The position numbers were made by a program, and so were the translations under genes. A stretch of DNA of 64,000 nucleotides from an uncultured Thiomicrospira sp. (GTDB lineage: Bacteria > Pseudomonadota > Gammaproteobacteria > CAKMZV01), in NCBI GenBank assembly GCA_965195345.1, contig OZ239628.1, positions 1,711,553 to 1,775,552 of the forward strand. Reading direction: 5' to 3'. The notes under the pieces are model-generated. The model worked only from the letters and a program-made list of their open reading frames with translations. It was not told where the DNA came from and did no database searches. Every line of letters starts with the position of its first letter. Position 1 is the first letter of the stretch. Of the stretch, positions 51,353 to 60,499 are shown in pieces.

Positions 51353-52558
51353 TTATTTGATTATGTTATGCTCTGGTCCGTATGGAAATCCAGTAATATC
51401 ATAAGCACTATCAGCGGTTACAACCATAATATCGTGCTCGCGATAGCCACCTGCGCCGGGCTGACCTTCGGGAATCATAATCATTGGCTCCATAGAGACA
51501 ACCATATTCTCTTCAAGGACAGTATCTATATCTTCGCGTAGCTCAAGCAATGCCTCACGGCCATAGTAATGGGAAAGCACTCCGAAAGAATGTCCATACC
51601 CAAATGAACGATTTTTTAGCAAATCGTATTCTTCATAAATCTTATTCAACTCAAGTGCTATATCGCAACAACGCACCCCTGGTTTAATAAGTCGCATGCC
51701 TTCTTCATGCACTTTGGTATTGATTTCCCATAGTTTCAAAGACGCTTCATCGCAGTGGTCGTAAAACAACGTCCGCTCCAAAGCTACATAATAGCCAGAT
51801 GCCATTGAAAAGCAGTTAAGACTTAAGATGTCACCTTTTTGAATTTTACGCGTTGTTACTGGGTTATGCGCACCATCAGTATTTATTCCCGATTGAAACC
51901 AAGTCCAAGTATCCATTAATTCACTGTGTGGAAAACGACGCGCAATTTCGCGAACCATAGCTTGTGTTGAATGCAAAGCTACTTCATGTTCTGGCACATT
52001 TTCACCAATAGCTTCAACTAATGCTTCTGCACCAATATCACAGATATTAGCACCATTAGTAATGTAGTCAATTTCTTCAGTTGATTTGAGCATACGCATT
52101 TTCATACAACCGACCGATACATCAACAAATTCAGCTGCGGGCAATGCATCTTGCATTTTTTTGTGCCGCTCTAATGAAAGGTGATCAAATTCCAAACCAA
52201 CACGTCCTTTGACAGAAACAAGCGTTGATACCGCATAGAAAAAGCTATCTCTTTGCCAATCGGTATAAACTACATTTTCACCAAACGTCCTTCTCCAGGG
52301 TTGTCCACCGTCAATATTAGCACTGATTGAAGTTACTTTTTCTTGAGTAACAACCAATCCGTATGGGCGACCAAAAGAACAATATATGAAGTCACTATAA
52401 TAGTGAATATTATGAATTGAAGTGAAAACAATGGCATCAATACCTTCTCCTGCCATATAAGCACGCAGGTCTCTTTGGCGGCGATGGTATTCGGCGTCAC
52501 TGAATGTATGCTTAATCGTTTGTCCGTTAGGGATGTGCTTTAATCTTTCAAGTTGCAT
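51353..52558 (-). CDS. creatinase/ectoine-hydrolase(DoeA)-like M24-family amidinohydrolase
   Basis: 401 aa; creatinase N-domain plus pita-bread fold (GYGHSFG, SMEPMIM...GAGGYREHD). Confidence 0.65.
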   Translation of the reverse strand: MQLERLKHIPNGQTIKHTFSDAEYHRRQRDLRAYMAGEGIDAIVFTSIHNIHYYSDFIYCSFGRPYGLVVTQEKVTSISANIDGGQPWRRTFGENVVYTDWQRDSFFYAVSTLVSVKGRVGLEFDHLSLERHKKMQDALPAAEFVDVSVGCMKMRMLKSTEEIDYITNGANICDIGAEALVEAIGENVPEHEVALHSTQAMVREIARRFPHSELMDTWTWFQSGINTDGAHNPVTTRKIQKGDILSLNCFSMASGYYVALERTLFYDHCDEASLKLWEINTKVHEEGMRLIKPGVRCCDIALELNKIYEEYDLLKNRSFGYGHSFGVLSHYYGREALLELREDIDTVLEENMVVSMEPMIMIPEGQPGAGGYREHDIMVVTADSAYDITGFPYGPEHNIIK

Positions 52559-52566
52559 ATTCTTCC

Positions 52567-54183
52567 TTATTTCAATTGATCTCTTAGTATGAATTTCTGA
52601 ATTTTACCGGTCGCTGTTTTAGGGAGTTCCTGAAAGAGTACGTGCTTAGGCGTTTTAAATCCAGCAAGCCTTTCTCGACAAAATGCAATAATCTCATCCG
52701 CCTCAATGCTCACTCCTTCTTTCAGTTCAACAAAGGCACAAGGCACTTCTCCCCATTTTAAGTCTTTTTTTGCCACTATCGCTGCATTAGCAATCGCTGG
52801 ATGTGCATAAAGAACGGCTTCAATCTCAACGGAGGAAATATTTTCACCACCTGAAATAATTACATCTTTTAGACGATCTTGTATTTGCAAATATCCATCT
52901 TCTCGCCACATTGCCGCATCACCTGTATGAAACCACCCATCAACAAAGGCTTTAGCCGTTTCCTCAGGATTCTTGTAGTACCCTTTCATCACCGTGTTCC
53001 CTCTAATCAGCATCTCACCTTGTTGATTACTGTCTTTGGGCAGAAAAGCACCGGTTTCGTTTTCAATCAATTCCACTGCGTCAGTCATTGGAAAAGAAAT
53101 GCCTTGCCAACTTTTAATTTCAGAACGTTCATCTTCATTCAAGCCATTCCACTTATCTTTCCAAAGACAATGCGTTATGTGTCCATAGGTTTCCGTTAGC
53201 CCATAAACTTGCATTACATCAAATCCTATTTTTTCCATCTCACCCAGGATTGCAGGCGGTGGTGGCGCACCTGCGGTCATAACTTTTACCGCATGGGAAA
53301 TCGTTTTTTTCTCATTTTCAGCAGCATTAACTAATAGACCAAGAACAATAGGAGCGCCTCCAAAATGAGTAACTTGATATCGAACAACAGCATCAAAAAC
53401 AAATGCCGCACTCACTACGCGACAACAGACGATAGTACCTGCCATCATGCAAACAGTCCAAGCGTGTCCCCAACCATTACAATGGAAAAGTGGAACAGTA
53501 TATAAGTACACGGGATGCATTGGCAACTGCCAAGCAGATGCCGTTCCCATACTCATCAAATACGATCCTCTGTGATGATAGACTACTCCTTTAGGTTTGC
53601 CAGAAGTTCCTGAAGTGTAATTTAACGTCAATGCTTGCCATTCATCCTTTGGCAACGACCACTCAAAATTAATATCTCCTTTGGCGAGAGCTGTTTCGTA
53701 ATCTTCCTCTCCCTTAACAACATCAATTCCAGAGAGCGCATCATTGATAACAATAATCGGCATTGCCAAACTTTTATCCTCTATTACTTGTTTAGCCGTT
53801 GAATAAAATTGGCTATCAACAATCAATAGTTTGCAATCAGAATGTTCAAGAATATAGCCAACGGTACTGGCTTCAAGGCGAATATTGATGGTATTAAGAA
53901 CCGCCCCCAACATGGGAACACCGAAATGCACATCAATGAGCGCAGGTATATTTGGTGCAATAATTGACACAGTATCGCCCTCACCAACCCCACGCTCAGC
54001 AAGCACAGAAGCTAATGCGCAAGAGCGCTCATAAACATCTTTCCAACTGTAATTCTGTTCACCATAAACAACGGCACAATGATCGCCAAAATAATTGCTT
54101 GTGCGTTGCAAAAACGATAGCGGAGTTAGAGGCACATAGTTGGCTGTATTTTTGGGAAGAGATTCAAAATGCTTTTTCGACAT
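52567..54183 (-). CDS. AMP-forming acyl-CoA synthetase (medium/short-chain, DmdB/ACSM-like)
   Basis: AMP-binding motifs YTSGTSGKPKGV and GEMLIRG...GYY, 538 aa. Confidence 0.8.
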   Translation of the reverse strand: MSKKHFESLPKNTANYVPLTPLSFLQRTSNYFGDHCAVVYGEQNYSWKDVYERSCALASVLAERGVGEGDTVSIIAPNIPALIDVHFGVPMLGAVLNTINIRLEASTVGYILEHSDCKLLIVDSQFYSTAKQVIEDKSLAMPIIVINDALSGIDVVKGEEDYETALAKGDINFEWSLPKDEWQALTLNYTSGTSGKPKGVVYHHRGSYLMSMGTASAWQLPMHPVYLYTVPLFHCNGWGHAWTVCMMAGTIVCCRVVSAAFVFDAVVRYQVTHFGGAPIVLGLLVNAAENEKKTISHAVKVMTAGAPPPPAILGEMEKIGFDVMQVYGLTETYGHITHCLWKDKWNGLNEDERSEIKSWQGISFPMTDAVELIENETGAFLPKDSNQQGEMLIRGNTVMKGYYKNPEETAKAFVDGWFHTGDAAMWREDGYLQIQDRLKDVIISGGENISSVEIEAVLYAHPAIANAAIVAKKDLKWGEVPCAFVELKEGVSIEADEIIAFCRERLAGFKTPKHVLFQELPKTATGKIQKFILRDQLK

Positions 54184-54186
54184 GAC

Positions 54187-55299
54187 TTAGAAATTCAGTT
54201 TATGTATTGTTGCGCTAGACAGCCCGTTGGGCATTTCAACTTGCATTGTATTGCCAAGCTGCAAGTGGTTCAATCTTATCATTCCTATAGCCACATTAGA
54301 ATTGAACTGAGGAGACCACGTTGCTGATGTAATCTGTCCCACTCTTTTCCCATCTATCACTAAAGGCCACTCGCCACGACAAGCGCCGATTTCCCCGTCA
54401 ATAGCAAATCCACTAATCATTAAAGGATTTTCTTCTTTAGAACGACTACGCAATGCTTTTCCACCAACACACTGATCCAGTCCATATTCCTCGCAAAAAA
54501 CTCCCATACCGCACTCATAAGGCGTATTCGCCAAAGTCATATCATTGCCGTACGAAAGCAACCCACTTTCTATTCGCTCAATAAGGTTAGGACCACCAGC
54601 ACGAACATTGAGGTCTTGACCTGCTTCAAATAACGCATCCCACAAAGAGGCTCCATGCAAAGGGTCGTTTAAATAAATTTCAAAACCGCCCTGCTTAGAA
54701 AATCCAGAGCGAGAAATTATAAATTCGCATCCATTAAAATTGAATGATTTAAAACGAAAAAATTTTAAATCGCAAACGTTATTGCCAAAAACGCGTGCCA
54801 TTAAATCATTGGATTTAGGACCTTGCACAGCCAGTGGAAAAACATTTGGTTCATAAATTTTGACATCCATATTCCATCCAACCGCCAACCCTTTAAGCCA
54901 CAGTAGAAGATCTGAGTCAGCCGTAGAAACCCAAAATTCATTTTCCTCTATTTTTAATGCAACAGGATCATTTAACATTCCCCCATTTTCATCCACAACA
55001 GGAATATAAAAGCATCGACCCTCCGCCATCTTCTCCAGAGAGCGAGGCGTTATTTTTTGTAACAAATCATAGGCATCTTTCCCTCGAATAGCTACTTGTC
55101 TTTCGCATGACACGTCCCATATTTGAACATTTTCTTTGAGGTGGTGATAGTCAGCAACTAAACTTTCAAACACTGTAGGGAGCAGTGTATGATTGTAAAC
55201 TGTATAACCTTTAACGCCCGCCGCCGTAACTTTTGGAGTAAATGGTGTTGAACGAGTTCTGCGGGAAATACTTAATATGGCTTCAGCATTATTGCCCAT
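54187..55299 (-). CDS. GcvT-family aminomethyltransferase-like demethylase (370 aa; DmdA-like size and architecture)
   Basis: GcvT fold (ISRSGFSKQGGFEIYL core), no FAD domain; 3-nt spacing to flanking genes. Confidence 0.7.
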   Translation of the reverse strand: MGNNAEAILSISRRTRSTPFTPKVTAAGVKGYTVYNHTLLPTVFESLVADYHHLKENVQIWDVSCERQVAIRGKDAYDLLQKITPRSLEKMAEGRCFYIPVVDENGGMLNDPVALKIEENEFWVSTADSDLLLWLKGLAVGWNMDVKIYEPNVFPLAVQGPKSNDLMARVFGNNVCDLKFFRFKSFNFNGCEFIISRSGFSKQGGFEIYLNDPLHGASLWDALFEAGQDLNVRAGGPNLIERIESGLLSYGNDMTLANTPYECGMGVFCEEYGLDQCVGGKALRSRSKEENPLMISGFAIDGEIGACRGEWPLVIDGKRVGQITSATWSPQFNSNVAIGMIRLNHLQLGNTMQVEMPNGLSSATIHKLNF

Positions 55300-55302
55300 G
55301 AC

Positions 55303-56472
55303 CTATTCCCCATAACCCTTGGGGATAGTAATTGCAGGCAACTCTTGCGCCTGTTTTTGAAGAGCACGCCCGATGACTAAACGTTGTATTTCCGTACTTC
55401 CATCAACGATTTTTAACATTTGTGCCAATCGACTTAATCGATCCAATCCATAAGGTTTTAACAAACCCATCCCCCCCAAAACCTGAGTACACACATTCGC
55501 TGCATTCAACGCGGCATCAGGTACAAAAAGTTTTGCTTGTGCCGCAAGCAATGCACCCTCTTCCGTTCCAAGAGCATTCGCTGCTTTTTTATAAAGCAAA
55601 CGAGACACCTCTAAATTGGTTGCAACCTCTCCCAACATCCACTGAATACCATCTAATTTTAGGTTGGTTGATTTGAACATTTTCCGATCCCGTGCATAAC
55701 GAAGAGCGGTATTCAATGCGCTTTGCATCAATCCACAACAACCAGAAGCTATTGAAACACGTGCAATATCTATAGCCATCAATGAACCACTAAATCCTTT
55801 ACCAACTGGCAAAATAATATTTTCCTCAGGCACGCTAACATTGTTCAAATACATTTCCGATAGCGGAAGAAATTGATAAGAAGGTGTCTCATAAAGAGGA
55901 CCAAAAGAAAGCCCAGGCGTATCAAGTGGAACAGCAAACATAGCCATATCTTTATATCCAGGATCTTCACTGGTTTTCGCAACTACCAAATAAACATCGG
56001 CCTCTGTAGCAAGCGACACCCAAGCTTTGGAGCCGTTGATTGTATAACTGTCATCGGCATTTTTCGTGGCACGAGTATACATGGTTCCTGGATCGGAACC
56101 TGCTTGCGGTTCAGTCAATGCGAAATTAGCAAGTTTCTTACCCGAAGTTAGATCTTTTGCCCACTTGGATTTGAATGAGTCCGTACCAAAGCCACACACA
56201 GCGAAACTACATATATTATGCATAGACAACGCAAATGCATACGCGCCATCACCCATGCCCAATTGTTCATACACTTGAATACCATCTCCAAGAGACAGTC
56301 CTTGCCCGCCTAATTCTGGGGGACAGTACAAACCTGTTAATCCAAGAGAAGCTGCTTTATCCGAAGCTTCTCTTGGCCATTTGCCTTTTTCGTTCCAATC
56401 ATCCACATTCGGGATAACAACTTCATTGCAGTGTTTAACCGCATTCAACAAAATTTGCTCAATATTACTCAC
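55303..56472 (-). CDS. acyl-CoA dehydrogenase
   Basis: ACAD N, middle and C domains (ALTEPQAGSDPG; catalytic base region near the C-terminus). Confidence 0.85.
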   Translation of the reverse strand: MSNIEQILLNAVKHCNEVVIPNVDDWNEKGKWPREASDKAASLGLTGLYCPPELGGQGLSLGDGIQVYEQLGMGDGAYAFALSMHNICSFAVCGFGTDSFKSKWAKDLTSGKKLANFALTEPQAGSDPGTMYTRATKNADDSYTINGSKAWVSLATEADVYLVVAKTSEDPGYKDMAMFAVPLDTPGLSFGPLYETPSYQFLPLSEMYLNNVSVPEENIILPVGKGFSGSLMAIDIARVSIASGCCGLMQSALNTALRYARDRKMFKSTNLKLDGIQWMLGEVATNLEVSRLLYKKAANALGTEEGALLAAQAKLFVPDAALNAANVCTQVLGGMGLLKPYGLDRLSRLAQMLKIVDGSTEIQRLVIGRALQKQAQELPAITIPKGYGE

Positions 56473-56701
56473 TTGATTCCTTTTAATGAATTGACTAATG
56501 CATAAGAAATAGAGACTTTCCTAGTTAAGAGGATTATTTCTAAATTCTTTAAGTAAAAGATTGTAAAGGCTCTCATCTCTATTATATTAACCTAAACTCT
56601 TTTTCTTTTAAGTATCATTCAAACTTGTTTTTTCTATATGTTTATATTCAAATTGCTCAACCAGGGAAGACTTTTTTTTGAAGATCAATGTGTTTAAAGC
56701 T

Positions 56702-57763
56702 CTATTTCAAAGCATCGAATGTAGCACTTACTTTAGGAACCAATGCTCTCACTAATACCTTCATATCAAGAATACCCACCACATTATCATTTTCCTTAAC
56801 AAGATAGCAACAGGTTGTATCTCCATCTGATGCGAATATAACGCTCTCGAGTGTGTCGTTGAAATCCACATAACCTTCTATTTCATCCGCAGACGGAAGA
56901 TCACCATCAATTTTTTTCATGACAGAGCGCACACGTAACACCCGTGCCCGATTAATATCACTGACAAAATCTTCAATATACGGGTCACAGGGGTTTAAAA
57001 GAATATGTTGGGGCTCGCCTTGTTGTACCGCATGCCCATCTTTAAGAATCACTAAATGATCAGCAAGTTTTAGTGCCTCGTCCAAATCATGCGTAATGAA
57101 TATAATCGTTTTATGCAGATCTTTCTGCAACTCCAGCAACAAGTCTTGCATGTTAGTACGAATCAAGGGATCTAACGCTGAAAAAGCTTCATCCATCAGC
57201 ATAACCTCTGAATTCGAAGTTAATGCTCTCGCCAAGCCAACGCGTTGTTGCATTCCTCCAGACAGTTGATGAGGATGGTGTTGCTCAAAGCCACCTAGTC
57301 CAACTCTTTCAACCCACTTCTGTGCTTCAGCATCAGCAGATTCATCGCTTTCACCGCGCACACGAGGTGCCATACCAGCATTTTCTAATACTGTTTTATG
57401 AGGAAGAAGTGCAAATTTTTGAAACACCATAGACATATGAGATTGCCGCAAATTACGCAGTCGCTCATCATCGTAGCTCAAGACATCTTCATCATCAACA
57501 AGTATTTCTCCAGAAGTTGGCTCAATCAAACGATTAAAGTGTCGAATTAATGTGGACTTTCCTGATCCAGAAAGCCCCATAATAACGGTTATTTGTCCCG
57601 CAACGATGTCGACATTAATGTCTTGAAGACCCAACACATGCCCATGCTTTTCTAGCAAATCCGATTTACTCATTCCATCTTTGACTAAAGGCAGAACCGA
57701 TTTTGGATCTTTTCCAAAAATTTTGTACAGGTTACGAACCGAAACTTTTATTTTCTTATCCAT
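56702..57763 (-). CDS. proV: glycine betaine/proline-type ABC transporter ATP-binding protein with C-terminal CBS pair
   Basis: Walker A GLSGSGKST, signature LSGGMQQRVGLARAL, CBS-like C-terminal domain. Confidence 0.85.
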   Translation of the reverse strand: MDKKIKVSVRNLYKIFGKDPKSVLPLVKDGMSKSDLLEKHGHVLGLQDINVDIVAGQITVIMGLSGSGKSTLIRHFNRLIEPTSGEILVDDEDVLSYDDERLRNLRQSHMSMVFQKFALLPHKTVLENAGMAPRVRGESDESADAEAQKWVERVGLGGFEQHHPHQLSGGMQQRVGLARALTSNSEVMLMDEAFSALDPLIRTNMQDLLLELQKDLHKTIIFITHDLDEALKLADHLVILKDGHAVQQGEPQHILLNPCDPYIEDFVSDINRARVLRVRSVMKKIDGDLPSADEIEGYVDFNDTLESVIFASDGDTTCCYLVKENDNVVGILDMKVLVRALVPKVSATFDALK

Positions 57764-57788
57764 TTTTATCCTTTATTATTTGGTGGCA

Positions 57789-58826
57789 CTAATGTTGGTG
57801 AGTCTTATTCAGACGCGCCAATGATGCTTTACTGACACGATCTAAAATAACGGCCAAAAGAACGATCGCCAAACCTGAAACCAGCCCAACACCCAATTCA
57901 AGATTACGAATACCGCGTAATACAAGCACGCCCAATCCTGGAGCAGACACCAATGAAGCAATAACAACCATTGCCAGAGACATCATAATCGTTTGGTTAA
58001 CACCCGCCATAATATTAGGCAGAGCAAGGGGTATTTCTACTCCAAATAATTTTTGCCTGTCCGTCATACCAAATGCACTTGCGGCTTCAATAACATCCTT
58101 ATCCACCAAACGAATACCTAAATCAGTCAAACGCACAACAGGCACAATAGCATACAAAATTATCGCAATACCATATAACTTAGATTCTGTCACACTGAAT
58201 AGAAAAATAAGGGGAATAAGATATACAAATGGAGGCAAAGTTTGCAACATATCAAGCACAGGTATCATGCCACGTTGAAAGCGATCGCGTTTGGACATGG
58301 CTATCCCCAAAGGCACTCCTAATAAAACACTTATAATCGTACAAACAAATATCACTGATAGCGTTTGAATGGCATAAGTATAGTGATCAATAAAAGCCAT
58401 TAAACCGAAAGAAATGGCAACAAGTAATACTACCCCACTTGATTTTGACACTGCGCGCACTAACCATAAAATTAAAGGAATCATCACCCACCAAGGAATC
58501 GTGGTAAATAGGTATAACGTTCCATCAAGCATCCAACTCAATGGTTGAGTGATTGGATCCAGCACAATTTTGAGGACTTCTTTCACATCCAAAAATACAT
58601 TCTCAATGCCTGCTGTTAAATCACGTGTTTGTGGAATGGACTTACAAGATTTATATAGATTATCCAATGATGGAAAAGGAATGTCGTGCCACGGAGTATC
58701 CAGAGCTTCTTTTCCTTTAGAACGTGCGAGTAATTGCGACAAGGAGAGCAAGCTTTCACCATTATCACTGCCATCACACCAAGTGCGCAAACCCAACATA
58801 TCAAACATTTTTGTATAAAAGCTCAT
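57789..58826 (-). CDS. proW: glycine betaine/proline-type ABC transporter permease
   Basis: 345 aa permease with N-terminal extension typical of ProW; EAA loop ASAFGMTDRQKLFGVEIPLA. Confidence 0.8.
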   Translation of the reverse strand: MSFYTKMFDMLGLRTWCDGSDNGESLLSLSQLLARSKGKEALDTPWHDIPFPSLDNLYKSCKSIPQTRDLTAGIENVFLDVKEVLKIVLDPITQPLSWMLDGTLYLFTTIPWWVMIPLILWLVRAVSKSSGVVLLVAISFGLMAFIDHYTYAIQTLSVIFVCTIISVLLGVPLGIAMSKRDRFQRGMIPVLDMLQTLPPFVYLIPLIFLFSVTESKLYGIAIILYAIVPVVRLTDLGIRLVDKDVIEAASAFGMTDRQKLFGVEIPLALPNIMAGVNQTIMMSLAMVVIASLVSAPGLGVLVLRGIRNLELGVGLVSGLAIVLLAVILDRVSKASLARLNKTHQH

Positions 58827-59114
58827 AACGTTTCCTTTTGTCTAAAATCATCCATACCAATTGTAAAATTGTCTATTTTATATAACTCTAAATTGATGGT
58901 CTGGACGCGAGGTCCAGAAGTATACTCTAAAAATGAGGTGGGGGCAATTACGAGCAGCAGGGAAAATGTAATATCATTATCATTTTTAGCATTCTCCTCA
59001 TGGTTTCCTTCTCCCAGCATTAAACAACCAGCAAACAAGATTTAATATATATTCACAATGCATTTTTGGGTACTTTCTCCTCAATTAGTAATAACCTGTA
59101 ACCTAAAAAACTGA

Positions 59115-59741
59115 TCAAATAGATTGACTCATCGCGAGGAAGATGCCAGCTGCCATTAAAACCGTACCACTAGCACGATTAAAAATCATCTGCCCTTTTT
59201 CCGACTGAGTTAGAAACTGAAACTGCACTCCAGATAAAGCATAAAATGATATAGTACAAAATTCGGCGACTAAAAAAGTACTTCCTAAAACAGTAAATTG
59301 CGCCGAAACGGGCTCTCCTTGAACCAAGAATTGAGGAAGTATGGCGGTGAAAATTAAAATAGCCTTAGGATTGCCAATTGCTATGAAGAATTCTTGCTGC
59401 ACCAATACCATTATTTTAGGTTTTCTTTTCATACTATTTTCAACAGTCAACTCAAGCACTTTTGCATACCACATTCGTATCCCAAGATATACCAAATAGA
59501 GTACCCCAAGCCATTTAATTATCAAAAATGCTAATTCTGAGGATGCTAATAAAGCACCTATTCCTACGGCCGTTAATACGATAAGTATAGTGAATGCAAA
59601 TAATCTACCTAAACCAGCTAACACTGCAATACCCAATCCATAGCAAACACCATTTCTTAGCGAAAGGAAATTATTCGGACCAGGAGATAAACTCATAGCA
59701 ATACAAGCAGGCAGGAACACCAGCCACTGTTCAAAGCCCAT
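59115..59741 (-). CDS. LysE/RhtB family amino-acid exporter
   Basis: 208 aa, 6 TM, MGFEQWLVFLPACIAMSLSPGPNN N-terminal signature. Confidence 0.8.
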   Translation of the reverse strand: MGFEQWLVFLPACIAMSLSPGPNNFLSLRNGVCYGLGIAVLAGLGRLFAFTILIVLTAVGIGALLASSELAFLIIKWLGVLYLVYLGIRMWYAKVLELTVENSMKRKPKIMVLVQQEFFIAIGNPKAILIFTAILPQFLVQGEPVSAQFTVLGSTFLVAEFCTISFYALSGVQFQFLTQSEKGQMIFNRASGTVLMAAGIFLAMSQSI

Positions 59742-59767
59742 ATGATTAAATACTCTCGTTATTTCAG

Positions 59768-60475
59768 TTAAATCAACAAGTCTTCTATATCGACTAGATC
59801 AGAAGACTCCCCAGCATCTTTCATCGAATTCTCGCTTTCAGGTACAAGCATGCGTTTTGAGAAACGACATAAACTGAGCCACTTACCCCTTTCAATCTCA
59901 ATGCCATTTGCCAAAGCAGCGTGGTATCGCTCACTAAAATCTGCATTCGACAGTAATAGACTCTTATTATCATCCCGTTCGAATTCAAAAAGAACAGAAT
60001 GCCCTTTAACACTGCTTTCAAACAAATCGAAATAAGATTGTCCAGCACAAAATCGAGCGGTTCTTTGCATTCCTTGACATATCCATTTCAAACACATATT
60101 GTCAGGAGCATTTTTTTGCAGATATGGAAGAAGGAATGGAACATCGCGCACATTAACAAGTTCAGTTTCAAATCCATTGCTCCAATTTTCCAATAAACTA
60201 AGCGCCCACACTTCTCCACCAAGAGAACAAGAAATATGATTGCAATCAATCGTTATTTTTTTCGCACTTTCATCTACAACAGTTGTGTGCAACTTCGAGG
60301 GTGACTTATCCATCAAAGAAAGAATGGTATCCATCGCATTAAAACCCAAAGCACTCAATATAGGAGCTGCACGAGCAGCACTGCGCGCATAAGCTATTTT
60401 ATAACCACTGCCATACAATGCCTTTTCGACTGCCATTTCAATTTCATTAAAAGAGATTCTCATTGAATGCACCAT
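59768..60475 (-). CDS. hypothetical protein (235 aa), acidic C-tail
   Basis: co-oriented 24 nt downstream of the 610-aa unknown. Confidence 0.4.
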   Translation of the reverse strand: MVHSMRISFNEIEMAVEKALYGSGYKIAYARSAARAAPILSALGFNAMDTILSLMDKSPSKLHTTVVDESAKKITIDCNHISCSLGGEVWALSLLENWSNGFETELVNVRDVPFLLPYLQKNAPDNMCLKWICQGMQRTARFCAGQSYFDLFESSVKGHSVLFEFERDDNKSLLLSNADFSERYHAALANGIEIERGKWLSLCRFSKRMLVPESENSMKDAGESSDLVDIEDLLI

Positions 60476-60499
60476 CGTATTAATCTGTTAGTCATTGCA

